The notes: generated by a model from the letters alone, not told the origin. DNA of 42,743 nt from Marinoscillum sp. (GCA_038125345.1 JAYPDR010000001.1:1-42743); one strand, 5' to 3'. Shown: positions 22,712-31,404, counted from the first letter of the stretch. Made by a program: numbers and translations.

Positions 22712-24930
22712 TACTTTATTATCTCCAATTTAGCAAAATTTAATAATAAAGTCTTTTCTCCAGAGTTATTAAAATAAACAATTGCTTTTTTTTGATTTGA
22801 ATAATTCTCTATCTTTTTGATTAAACCTACTCCAAATACATTATGCCTAACTTTTACACCTTCTTTTAAATCACCTATATGACTTGATTTTATATCTGAT
22901 TTTTCTTCAAAATTTATTTTTTTAAAAGATGATAGATTTCTTTTTTTTTCATTTAAAATATTTGAAACTAGAGATCTATTAGTATTAAAATTTTGAATGT
23001 CAAGATAAATAGGATTTATTTCTTTAATAAACCTACTCTGTTCACAATCTTTTAACATTCCATACCTATATCTTGTTACTGAATAGGTCAAATAAAGCTT
23101 TTTCATAGCTCTTGTAATAGCTACATAAAATAATCTTCTTTCTTCTTCTAAATCCTCTCTTGATGAGATCATCATTTGGGAAGGAAAAAGATCTTCCTCA
23201 ACTCCTACAATTAATACTACCGGGAATTCTAATCCTTTTGCCATATGAATTGTCATCAAAGAAATATACTCTTCGTCACTATCATCTTCTTTATCTTGAT
23301 CGGTCATTAAAGAAATCTCTTGAAGAAAATTTTCTAGACTTTTATTCTTATTATTATCATTATCTATATATTCTTTAATTGAATTTAGAAGCTCTTGTAC
23401 ATTTTCATATCTACTTATACCCTCAATACTTCTATCATCCCACAAGTCTTTTAATAATCCAGAATTTGACGCAATATGAGAGGCAGTATTGTAAGCATCA
23501 TTTACTTTAGAAAAGTTTGAGAATGTAATTATTAATTCTTTAAATGGAGTAATTAAATTATCAATTCTTGAGTTTAATAGTTCTTTAGATCTATTTAATA
23601 CTTCCCAAAGACTAATATTTTCCTTGTTAGATATCATAATTATTTTATCCACGGAGGTTGATCCAATACCTCTTCTCGGATAGTTAATTATTCTTCTAAA
23701 TGACTGTTCATCATTTTGATTAATAGAAAATCTTAAATAAGCTAATAAATCTTTTACCTCTTTCCTCTGATAGAATGAGACCCCTCCAAAAACCTTATAT
23801 TTCAATCCTATCCTTCTTAAAGCTTCCTCAATTGACCTAGATTGATTATTAGTTCTATAAAGAACAGCAAAATTTGAGTTTGTAAGCTGATTTCTATTTT
23901 TTTCCTCAAAAATTAAATTTGAAATTATTTTGCCTTCCTCATTATCTGAAAATGATTTTTTTACTGATATCAGTTCACCGTCCTCATTATCCGTCCAAAC
24001 TTCTTTACTTATTTTAGATTTATTTTTTTCAATAACTGAGTTTGCTGCATTAACTATTGTTTTTGTAGACCTATAGTTTTGTTCAAGTTTTACAATTTTT
24101 AAATCTGAAAAATCATCCTCAAACTTTAAAATGTTTCTAATTTCAGCACCTCTGAAAGCATAGATAGATTGAGCATCATCACCAACAACAAAAATATTCC
24201 TGTTTACTGATGCTAATCTTTTGGTTATCAAGTATTGACAATAATTTGTGTCTTGAAACTCATCAATCAACACATGCTTGAATAGTTGTTGATATTTATT
24301 TAGAACATCTACGTGATCTGAAAATAATTTATTCGTATTATATAATAAATCATCAAAATCCATTGCTTGAGATTTAAAGCATCTATTAGTATAAATATTA
24401 TAAATCTTAGATATTAATGGCCTATGAGAAGATGTATCTTCTTCAATTAGTATTGGGTTATTTTTATACTCTAGTGGAGAAATTAATCTGTTTTTAGCAT
24501 TTGAAATTCTGTTATAAACATAATTTTCTTTATATAACTTAGGATCTAAGTTTAATTCTTTAACAATTAACTTTATTAGATTTTTTGAGTCTTGCGTATC
24601 ATAAATTACAAAATTTGGTGGATAACCTATTTTATATCCTTCTACCCTAAGTATTCTAGCAAAAATTGAATGAAAGGTTCCCATCCATAAGTTTCTGGCA
24701 TCTGTTCCAACAATTTTCTCTATCCTATTCTTCATCTCTTTTGCTGCTTTGTTAGTAAAAGTCAGAGCCAAAATTGAGAAAGGATCAACTCCTTCATTAA
24801 CTAAATGAGCTATTCTATAAGTTAATACTCGAGTTTTTCCAGAACCTGCGCCAGCTATTACTAGGCAGGGGCCATCTTTATGAATAACAGCATCTTTTTG
24901 ACTTGAATTTAAATTATCTAAATAATTCAT
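22711..24930 (-). CDS. uvrD: ATP-dependent DNA helicase, UvrD/PcrA family
   Basis: Walker A AGAGSGKT, then DEFQDTN, VGDDAQSIYAFRGA and NYRST, ending in LYVAITRA. Confidence 0.85.
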   Translation of the reverse strand: MNYLDNLNSSQKDAVIHKDGPCLVIAGAGSGKTRVLTYRIAHLVNEGVDPFSILALTFTNKAAKEMKNRIEKIVGTDARNLWMGTFHSIFARILRVEGYKIGYPPNFVIYDTQDSKNLIKLIVKELNLDPKLYKENYVYNRISNAKNRLISPLEYKNNPILIEEDTSSHRPLISKIYNIYTNRCFKSQAMDFDDLLYNTNKLFSDHVDVLNKYQQLFKHVLIDEFQDTNYCQYLITKRLASVNRNIFVVGDDAQSIYAFRGAEIRNILKFEDDFSDLKIVKLEQNYRSTKTIVNAANSVIEKNKSKISKEVWTDNEDGELISVKKSFSDNEEGKIISNLIFEEKNRNQLTNSNFAVLYRTNNQSRSIEEALRRIGLKYKVFGGVSFYQRKEVKDLLAYLRFSINQNDEQSFRRIINYPRRGIGSTSVDKIIMISNKENISLWEVLNRSKELLNSRIDNLITPFKELIITFSNFSKVNDAYNTASHIASNSGLLKDLWDDRSIEGISRYENVQELLNSIKEYIDNDNNKNKSLENFLQEISLMTDQDKEDDSDEEYISLMTIHMAKGLEFPVVLIVGVEEDLFPSQMMISSREDLEEERRLFYVAITRAMKKLYLTYSVTRYRYGMLKDCEQSRFIKEINPIYLDIQNFNTNRSLVSNILNEKKRNLSSFKKINFEEKSDIKSSHIGDLKEGVKVRHNVFGVGLIKKIENYSNQKKAIVYFNNSGEKTLLLNFAKLEIIK

Positions 24931-24979
24931 ATTGGTAATAAGAAGATGAATCTAATACTTAATTGATGAAAAAATTAGT

Positions 24980-24987
24980 TAGTTTTG
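24980..24987 (+). promoter_or_regulatory. Candidate -7 box for the DUF4290-murA operon
   Basis: TAGTTTTG (TAnnTTTG) lies 15 nt upstream of the ATG at 25003. Confidence 0.35.
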
Positions 24988-25002
24988 AAAAAAATTATAC
25001 TG

Positions 25003-25635
25003 ATGGAATATAATACAACGAGAAGCGATTTAATATTAAAGGAATACGGAAGAAATTTTCATAAACTTATTGACCATATTGGAAAAATAAAAGATAAAGA
25101 AGAAAGAAATAATAAAGCAAAAACAATAGTCGAAATGATGAAATTAACTCATCCTAATTTTAAAGATCAAAATGAAATTGATGCTAAAATGTGGGATGAT
25201 TTATTTATTATGTCTGACTATAATCTAGATATAGATTCTCCATTCCCTAAACCAAAAAGAAAAAGTGATTCTGAAAAGCCTAAACGGTTAGAATACCCTA
25301 AGTCAAATATTAAATACAGACATTATGGCAAAAAAATAGAATTATTAATTGAAGAGGCTTGTAAGTTGAAAAATGATGAGGATAAAGAAGCTGCAGTTAT
25401 CCATATTGGAAAAATAATGAAATCGTTTTTTGGCATGTGGAATAAAGAGTCAATAGATAATAAAGTTATTGTTGACCACATAAAAGAATTATCAAATAAT
25501 AAATTATCTATTGAAGTTGAAAAAGTTAAAGAAATGAACCTTTTCTTCAAAGTAACTAAGGAAAGAGGATCAAAAAGCTATCACTCAAAAAAGAATTTTA
25601 AATCTAATAGACCTTTCAAAAAAAGAAGACTTTAA
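25003..25635 (+). CDS. DUF4290 domain protein
   Basis: MEYNTTRSDLILKEYGRNFHKLI matches the DUF4290 N-terminus, and the family usually precedes murA in Bacteroidota. The TTG at 24985 in the ORF track falls inside a TAGTTTTG -7 box, so I use the ATG at 25003. Confidence 0.7.
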   Translation: MEYNTTRSDLILKEYGRNFHKLIDHIGKIKDKEERNNKAKTIVEMMKLTHPNFKDQNEIDAKMWDDLFIMSDYNLDIDSPFPKPKRKSDSEKPKRLEYPKSNIKYRHYGKKIELLIEEACKLKNDEDKEAAVIHIGKIMKSFFGMWNKESIDNKVIVDHIKELSNNKLSIEVEKVKEMNLFFKVTKERGSKSYHSKKNFKSNRPFKKRRL

Positions 25636-26939
25636 TGGGATCTTTCAGAATTAAAGGAGGAAAAAGCTTAAATGGCATTATATATCCTCAAGGCGCTAAA
25701 AATGAAGCTCTTCAAATATTATGTGCCGTTCTTTTATCTGATGAAGAAATAATTATTTCAAATGTACCTGATATTAAAGATGTAAACCTTCTAATTGAAT
25801 TATTAGTTGGAATGGGTGTAGATACACAAAAAATCGATTCAACAACATTCAAGTTTTGCTCAAAAAATATAAATATTGATTATACAAAATCCGATGATTT
25901 TTTTGATAAGTCATCAAAGATTAGAGGTTCTATTATGTTAATGGGACCACTTGTAGCACGATTTGGCATTGCTTATTTAGCAAAACCTGGGGGAGATAAA
26001 ATTGGAAGAAGAAGAGTTGATACTCACTTTACTGGTATTCAAGAATTAGGAGCAAAATTTTCTATAGAAAAAAATAATTCTCTTTTTAAAGTTTCATCTA
26101 CAAAATTAGTTGGCACCAATATTTTACTAGATGAGGCATCGGTTACCGGGACAGCTAACATTATCATGGCCGCCTGTTTAGCTCAAGGAAATACTACTAT
26201 TTATAATGCGGCATGTGAACCATATATTCAACAGCTATGTAAAATGCTTAATTCCATGGGTGCTAAAATTGATGGAATTGGATCAAATTTTTTAAAAATT
26301 GAAGGTGTTACAACTCTTGGTGGAACTCATCATAAAATATTACCTGATATGATTGAGATAGGAAGTTTTATTGGTCTTGCTGCTATGACCCAATCTTCAA
26401 TTACTATAAAGAATGTAAGTCTTAATAATCTAGGAATTATTCCAAAAACTTTCCAAAGGCTTGGAATTAAAATGGATCTTAAAGACGACTCCATTTATAT
26501 TCCTTCTCAAGAACATTATGAAATTGAGTCTTTTATTGATGGATCTATAATGACAATATCTGATGCTATATGGCCTGGCTTCTCTCCAGATTTATTGAGT
26601 ATTGCTTTAGTCACTTCTGTTCAGGCAAAAGGAACAGTTTTAATTCATCAGAAAATGTTTGAGTCTAGATTATTTTTTGTTGATAAATTGATTGATATGG
26701 GAGCACAAATAATCTTATGCGATCCACATAGAGCAACAGTAATTGGTTTAGATAGAAAAATCCCTTTAAAAGGTATTCAGATGACATCTCCCGATATTCG
26801 AGCAGGTGTGTCTCTATTAATAGCAGCATTATCTGCAAATGGAGAAAGTATTATTAATAATATAGATCAAATTGATAGAGGTTATAGTAATATTGACTTA
26901 AGACTAAGAGAATTAGGAGCAGATATAGAAAGAATCTAG
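25635..26939 (+). CDS. murA: UDP-N-acetylglucosamine 1-carboxyvinyltransferase
   Basis: AKNEALQILCA and GPLVARFG ... KPGGDKIGRRRVDTH. Asp occupies the position of E. coli Cys115. Length is 434 aa. Confidence 0.9.
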   Translation: MGSFRIKGGKSLNGIIYPQGAKNEALQILCAVLLSDEEIIISNVPDIKDVNLLIELLVGMGVDTQKIDSTTFKFCSKNINIDYTKSDDFFDKSSKIRGSIMLMGPLVARFGIAYLAKPGGDKIGRRRVDTHFTGIQELGAKFSIEKNNSLFKVSSTKLVGTNILLDEASVTGTANIIMAACLAQGNTTIYNAACEPYIQQLCKMLNSMGAKIDGIGSNFLKIEGVTTLGGTHHKILPDMIEIGSFIGLAAMTQSSITIKNVSLNNLGIIPKTFQRLGIKMDLKDDSIYIPSQEHYEIESFIDGSIMTISDAIWPGFSPDLLSIALVTSVQAKGTVLIHQKMFESRLFFVDKLIDMGAQIILCDPHRATVIGLDRKIPLKGIQMTSPDIRAGVSLLIAALSANGESIINNIDQIDRGYSNIDLRLRELGADIERI

Positions 26940-27505
26940 AAATTATTTTTGAGATTAGTTAGAGAGTAAATTGGGCCATCAACTATAAAGATTTCAGTAA
27001 TAAATTGCGGGACACCATCAATCAAAGCATAACTTTGAAGACTAACTTTAGTTTTATTTTCATCTACCTTAATTAATGTCCATGTTGATTTTGAATCTTT
27101 TATTCTAATGATATTATTTACCTGCTCTACATAATTTGGTTTTGAATTTAAAGAAACAATAATAGTATCACTCTTAAAATTATAAATAACATCAGAAACT
27201 AGATCTCTTTTTTTTAGCGGCCATCCCATTTCCATAACAAAATATACATGAGATATAGAATCATTATTAAGTATCTTACTCTGTTCCAAATTATACATCC
27301 AATGATAAGAGCTATCAAAGTCAGAAATAAAATTAAAAATAGAATTTATATCAGAATCAATATATGTTTCTGCAAGATACTCGACAATTTTATCATTATT
27401 TTCCCTTAAATAAACTTTAATTTTATTTTCTTCTTTTTTTAATTTCCACTCTGAATTCTGAATATTAAATAGGTTAAAAGATATAATTAAAAGATATTTT
27501 AACAT
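26936..27505 (-). CDS. Exported START/SRPBCC-like lipid-binding domain protein
   Basis: Signal-like N-terminus followed by a START-like pattern: EWKLKKEENKIKVY ... YHWMYN ... WPLKKRDLV ... TWTL. Confidence 0.55.
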   Translation of the reverse strand: MLKYLLIISFNLFNIQNSEWKLKKEENKIKVYLRENNDKIVEYLAETYIDSDINSIFNFISDFDSSYHWMYNLEQSKILNNDSISHVYFVMEMGWPLKKRDLVSDVIYNFKSDTIIVSLNSKPNYVEQVNNIIRIKDSKSTWTLIKVDENKTKVSLQSYALIDGVPQFITEIFIVDGPIYSLTNLKNNF

Positions 27506-27534
27506 AATTGATAAAAATTATTAATTTAAATTAC

Positions 27535-27548
27535 ATACAAATTTGTAT
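27535..27548. promoter_or_regulatory. Perfect 14-bp palindrome ATACAAATTTGTAT in a divergent intergenic region
   Basis: The sequence is self-complementary. It lies 29 nt from the START-like gene start (27505) and 20 nt from the ATG at 27569. Each half carries CAAATTTG, one mismatch from TAnnTTTG. Confidence 0.4.
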
Positions 27549-27568
27549 CTCTGTTTTTTAAAAAAATT

Positions 27569-29188
27569 ATGAGAAATATAATTCTATTTTTCATCTTAAA
27601 CTCTAGTAGTATTTTTAATTTAATATACTCGCAATCTAGTGATTATGATTCTATTAATTATCAAAATAGAGATACTTTAGATGAATATGAAAAGAAAAAA
27701 TTAGATTTTAATATTTTAAATATTTCAATAAATAAAAATCAAAAAGTTGTAAATGAAAATATTTTTTCTCCAACTAATATAAATTTAAATGAGAGAGATA
27801 CTTTATCAATGATTATTCAAATCAGAGGTGAAGATGAGGATATAATTTTTAACTACTACTTTAATGATGATCCAAATTTTAGAAATTTAGAAAATGGAAA
27901 AATAATCTATGATAAAAGAAGTAAAAGAATATATTTTGAATTTATTCCCAACGACAATCAAGCAATTAATAAATTTATCACATGGAATATTTTTGCTTAC
28001 CAAAAAAGACATGATATAAAAAGATTAGATTTCTTAATTGAAATTAATAATGTTGAGTACCCTCCAAAAATACTTAATAAGCAAATAAATAAAATAATTA
28101 GAAATAACTATAAGTTCAATTACACCCCAATTATCTCTGATGGTGATAATGGTGTTTTATTTGACTTAATAACAGATGCGCCTATTGATAATTTTAATAC
28201 AATTAATGGAAATATAGAGTGGGTAATTGATCCTAATAATATTGATGAACTTAAAAAAACTTTTAATTTTATTTTAAAAGCCTACAAACAAAATAAACCT
28301 GAGTTATTTGATGTTGATACATTTAAAATTATTTATTCTGAAAATAACTTTGCACCAGTATTTGGAAAAACTTCAAAATGGATAGTTGAAGAGGGAGATT
28401 TTTATACTTACAAAATAGCTGTAGATGATCCAAATGTTAATGATTCAATAATTATAGAAAATGTTGGGGCCCAACTTCCAAGAGGAATGATTTTAAATAG
28501 TAAATTAAAAACTCTAACCTTTGATGTTGATTATAACCATGTCGAAAGGACAAATTCAACAACAAACTATTCTCTTCAATTAAAAGCAACTGATAAATCT
28601 GGACTTTCATCACAAGTAACTCTCGATGTTGTAGTTATGAATACTATAAATCCTCTAAAAGTTCAAGAAAAAATTTCTGAACTAATAAACGAGTTAGAAA
28701 TTCAGCAGGAAGGCTTAGAAGAAATTAATGATAATTTAAAATGGATTGAATCTACATCCAAAAATAACAGAAAGCTTAGAACTTTTAGTGCAGCTGGGAT
28801 TACTTTTTTAGGTGCTTTAATGGGTGTTTTTTCATCTAACTCTGACGTTACTAGAAAAGCTGGATCTATTATTGGAGCGAGTGGAGCTGTTTTATCTGTA
28901 ATTAATGAAGTGTTATCAAGAGATGACAATGAAATTAAAAACCTTCTTCAAGAAACTATCAAACTTCAGTCTAATGTTAAAGTAAAATATGATAGACTTT
29001 CCTTTTATAAAAACTCAAACAATCTAAATGATTTTCAAAATCAAGAAATTGATGTATTAATTAGAACTATTGAAAATGATAGAGAAAATTTAAATAAAAG
29101 TCTTTTTACAATTTCAGAAAATTATAAGATTATTGTTTCTGAAAATAGAATTAAAAATATGATTAATAAAAGAGATAATAAAAATTAG
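27569..29188 (+). CDS. Hypothetical exported protein with three cadherin/He_PIG-like repeats, a coiled coil, a glycine-zipper hydrophobic hairpin and a C-terminal coiled coil
   Basis: The signal peptide is MRNIILFFILNSSSIFNLIYS. Three repeats of about 100 aa end in NNVEYPPK, ENNFAPVF and MNTINPLK. The third repeat carries LPRGMILNSKLKTLTFDV, which resembles He_PIG / dystroglycan-type cadherin-like domains. The hydrophobic segments are FSAAGITFLGALMGVFSS and AGSIIGASGAVLSVINEVL. Confidence 0.6.
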   Translation: MRNIILFFILNSSSIFNLIYSQSSDYDSINYQNRDTLDEYEKKKLDFNILNISINKNQKVVNENIFSPTNINLNERDTLSMIIQIRGEDEDIIFNYYFNDDPNFRNLENGKIIYDKRSKRIYFEFIPNDNQAINKFITWNIFAYQKRHDIKRLDFLIEINNVEYPPKILNKQINKIIRNNYKFNYTPIISDGDNGVLFDLITDAPIDNFNTINGNIEWVIDPNNIDELKKTFNFILKAYKQNKPELFDVDTFKIIYSENNFAPVFGKTSKWIVEEGDFYTYKIAVDDPNVNDSIIIENVGAQLPRGMILNSKLKTLTFDVDYNHVERTNSTTNYSLQLKATDKSGLSSQVTLDVVVMNTINPLKVQEKISELINELEIQQEGLEEINDNLKWIESTSKNNRKLRTFSAAGITFLGALMGVFSSNSDVTRKAGSIIGASGAVLSVINEVLSRDDNEIKNLLQETIKLQSNVKVKYDRLSFYKNSNNLNDFQNQEIDVLIRTIENDRENLNKSLFTISENYKIIVSENRIKNMINKRDNKN

Positions 29189-29190
29189 AT

Positions 29191-29436
29191 ATGAAAGGAA
29201 CTATTGATAATTATATAAAAATTTGTGTAAGTATAATTTCTGGATCAATATTATTTGTAATAGGAATTATTTTTAGTGTGATAATTTATGTGAATTTTTT
29301 TGAAAAAAATGACAATTCAATTGAAGATAGAAGACAAGAACATGTTGAAAACCATATAAAGGAAGCAAAAAATTTAGATGAGATTATTAAAATTCTAGAA
29401 GAAATAAATAATAACCTAGATGAAAGAAAAATTTAA
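29191..29436 (+). CDS. Small single-pass membrane protein (paralog 1)
   Basis: One TM segment (ICVSIISGSILFVIGIIFSVIIYV), then FFEK, HVENH (HxxxH) and IIKILEEIN. It starts 2 nt after the upstream stop. Confidence 0.5.
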   Translation: MKGTIDNYIKICVSIISGSILFVIGIIFSVIIYVNFFEKNDNSIEDRRQEHVENHIKEAKNLDEIIKILEEINNNLDERKI

Positions 29437-29695
29437 AAAGTTTTATAATTCTGAATTATATATCAAAATAATTTATGGAATACCTGCTTTATTTGCAGGT
29501 AGCTTTTCAGTTTTAGTTTTTACAATTCTTTCTTTAAATATTATCAATAATATCTTTTTTGAAAAAGAGATTAAATATGAAAAAATGATTAAAGAGTATA
29601 GATATGACCATCAGGTATATCATAAAAAAGACATGGAGAGAATGAAAAAGATTATTGAGTTATTAGAGGAAATTAATTTAAAAACTAAAAATTAA
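29420..29695 (+). CDS. Small single-pass membrane protein (paralog 2)
   Basis: One TM segment (IIYGIPALFAGSFSVLVFTILSLNII), then FFEK, HQVYH (HxxxH) and IIELLEEIN with the same spacing as paralog 1. It overlaps paralog 1 by 17 nt. Confidence 0.5.
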   Translation: MKEKFKKFYNSELYIKIIYGIPALFAGSFSVLVFTILSLNIINNIFFEKEIKYEKMIKEYRYDHQVYHKKDMERMKKIIELLEEINLKTKN

Positions 29696-29706
29696 ATATC
29701 ATATTC

Positions 29707-30990
29707 TTAGTTGTTTTTTAATAAATTATCTGGATCAGATTCTTCATCTTCAACTTGATATTTTAAAATCTCATCCTCTTCATTATCAGAAATAATTTCT
29801 TCATTAACTGAAGTGCCTTTCAACATTACAAACATTGAGGATAGAATTACAACTAACAATACTCTTTCATCAATTTTATTATCTAAAATATTTATATATT
29901 CTATTTCTTTCAATTGCAAAAAGAGTAAAATGCTGATTAGTCCTCTTGGACTAAAAAAAACAAGTGAAATTTTATTTAAGTTTAAATTACTTACATATAA
30001 GTATATAAATCGAACAATAAACATTAAAGCAAAAATTAATAAACCATAAATAATTGGATCTATAGAATTAAAGTCAGTAATACTAATAGAAAAACCAAAG
30101 AATAGAAAGAAGAAAGTACGAACTAAAAAAGTAAATTCAGATGTAAGTAAATGAAATTCATTTAAACTTTTATTTGTTTCATCTACATCAACATTTATTC
30201 CAAGAAATTTAGGGAATATAATTTTTATATTATTTAAAACTATTCCAAATATAAAAATAGTAACTAAAGATGGTAAGTGAAGAAATTTTCCTATTGCATA
30301 TACCAAAATTAAAATTGAGAGTATTAAAAAAAACTTAACATGATGTTTGATCTGCTGGAGGAAACGAATAAGAAAATATGTAATTATTAGTGAGATAATA
30401 ATAACTCCAACTATTTGAATACTTAAAGAAATAAGCGATAAACTAAATAAGGGTGTACCTGATTCTACTTGAACTAGAGCATAATTAAAAATCATAATTC
30501 CTAGTATATCTGAGAATACAGACTCATAAATAATAAATTCTTTATCAATTTTTAATAAACTTGAGGCGGAAGGTATAGCAACAGCACTACTTATTATTGA
30601 AAGTGGAATTGAAAGTAATATTGCTAAATTATTTTCTATTCCAAATAAATTAATAAAAGTCCATTCAAGAACCAATATATTTAGAATGAGAATAATAGAA
30701 GCAGCTAAAAATCCCTTAATCATAATAGGAAATTTTTCCTTACTAATTTGTAGCTCTAATGCACCTTCTAATACAATCAAGATTAATCCAATAGTTCCTA
30801 GTACAGGTATTAATTTATCAAGGAAACCAAAATCATAAAATTCATAATAATTTATTATAGTTCTAGATACTAATCCTGTAAGCATCAATAATATAACTGA
30901 TGGAAATTTTGTTTTTCTAGCAAATGCATCAAAGAGATAAGAGAAAATTACAAGTAATGGTATAATAAATAAAAAAGCTACGGTATTCAT
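29707..30990 (-). CDS. Cation:proton antiporter (Na+/H+ exchanger family)
   Basis: The 427 aa protein is hydrophobic almost throughout, with roughly 11-12 predicted helices, and ends in an acidic tail. The call rests on overall architecture. Confidence 0.6.
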   Translation of the reverse strand: MNTVAFLFIIPLLVIFSYLFDAFARKTKFPSVILLMLTGLVSRTIINYYEFYDFGFLDKLIPVLGTIGLILIVLEGALELQISKEKFPIMIKGFLAASIILILNILVLEWTFINLFGIENNLAILLSIPLSIISSAVAIPSASSLLKIDKEFIIYESVFSDILGIMIFNYALVQVESGTPLFSLSLISLSIQIVGVIIISLIITYFLIRFLQQIKHHVKFFLILSILILVYAIGKFLHLPSLVTIFIFGIVLNNIKIIFPKFLGINVDVDETNKSLNEFHLLTSEFTFLVRTFFFLFFGFSISITDFNSIDPIIYGLLIFALMFIVRFIYLYVSNLNLNKISLVFFSPRGLISILLFLQLKEIEYINILDNKIDERVLLVVILSSMFVMLKGTSVNEEIISDNEEDEILKYQVEDEESDPDNLLKNN

Positions 30991-31005
30991 AAAATTAAAA
31001 TATTG

Positions 31006-31370
31006 TGGAGTCGGCGGGATTCGAACCCGCGTCCAGATATGGAAATCTTATTCCGTCTACATGCTTAGATAATTTTTAATTTTCGAGACAGAGCAGGAAA
31101 ATATCAACCAACAACTGTCCTTACCTACTAAAATTCCCATATTAATTTGTAGGAAAAAAAATATGGTAGATCTCTTTATGACACCAAATTATTTTACCAA
31201 AGATCACCAATAAAATATGATGTGGTTATTTAAATTCTCAGAATTTAAACCGCCATAGCGTATTCGTATTTACGTTCGCCGTTTATATGTTTTAGTATTT
31301 GATTACGGATGTTACAATCACCCGACATGCAAAAATAAAATTTGACATACTGTCAATTCCAGTCGACCCC
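31006..31370 (-). ncRNA. ssrA: tmRNA (transfer-messenger RNA)
   Basis: On the minus strand the 5' end GGGGTCGACTGGAATTGACAG pairs with the 3' end GCGGGTTCGAATCCCGCCGACTCCA. The acceptor stem includes the G3:U pair and a T-arm. CCA is not encoded. The internal tag frame is preceded by ATAAAC, and its stop sits in a hairpin (TTTAAATTC-TGA-GAATTTAAA). Confidence 0.9.
31245..31280 (-). other. tmRNA tag reading frame encoding GERKYEYAMAV plus stop
   Basis: GGC GAA CGT AAA TAC GAA TAC GCT ATG GCG GTT TAA on the minus strand. A GGC GAA resume is typical of Bacteroidota tags. Confidence 0.7.
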
Positions 31371-31396
31371 AAAAAACAAAGAACAATATTGTTGCG

Positions 31397-31404
31397 CAAA
31401 TCTA
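31397..31404 (-). promoter_or_regulatory. Candidate -7 box for ssrA
   Basis: On the minus strand, TAGATTTG (TAnnTTTG) lies 26 nt upstream of the mature tmRNA 5' end. This is consistent with a short leader removed by RNase P. Confidence 0.35.

Noticed and set aside
24985-25002. Upstream TTG starts proposed by the ORF track for three genes (24985, 7850 and 12648).
   Set aside because: In each case an ATG a few codons downstream gives the conserved family N-terminus (MEYNTTR for DUF4290, MKIHFILCF as a lipoprotein signal, MNQNLKSP for the ligase). The TTG at 24985 is part of a TAGTTTTG -7 box, and the TTG at 12648 overlaps the preceding gene.
26936-31370. A possible genomic island integrated at the tmRNA gene, since the START-like gene, the hypothetical trio and the antiporter lie just downstream of the ssrA 3' end.
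   Set aside because: I found no integrase, no phage or transposon genes, and no direct repeat of the ssrA 3' end (GGGTTCGAATCCCGC) elsewhere in the interval. Base composition also looks the same as in the flanks. This appears to be ordinary chromosomal accessory content rather than a mobile element.
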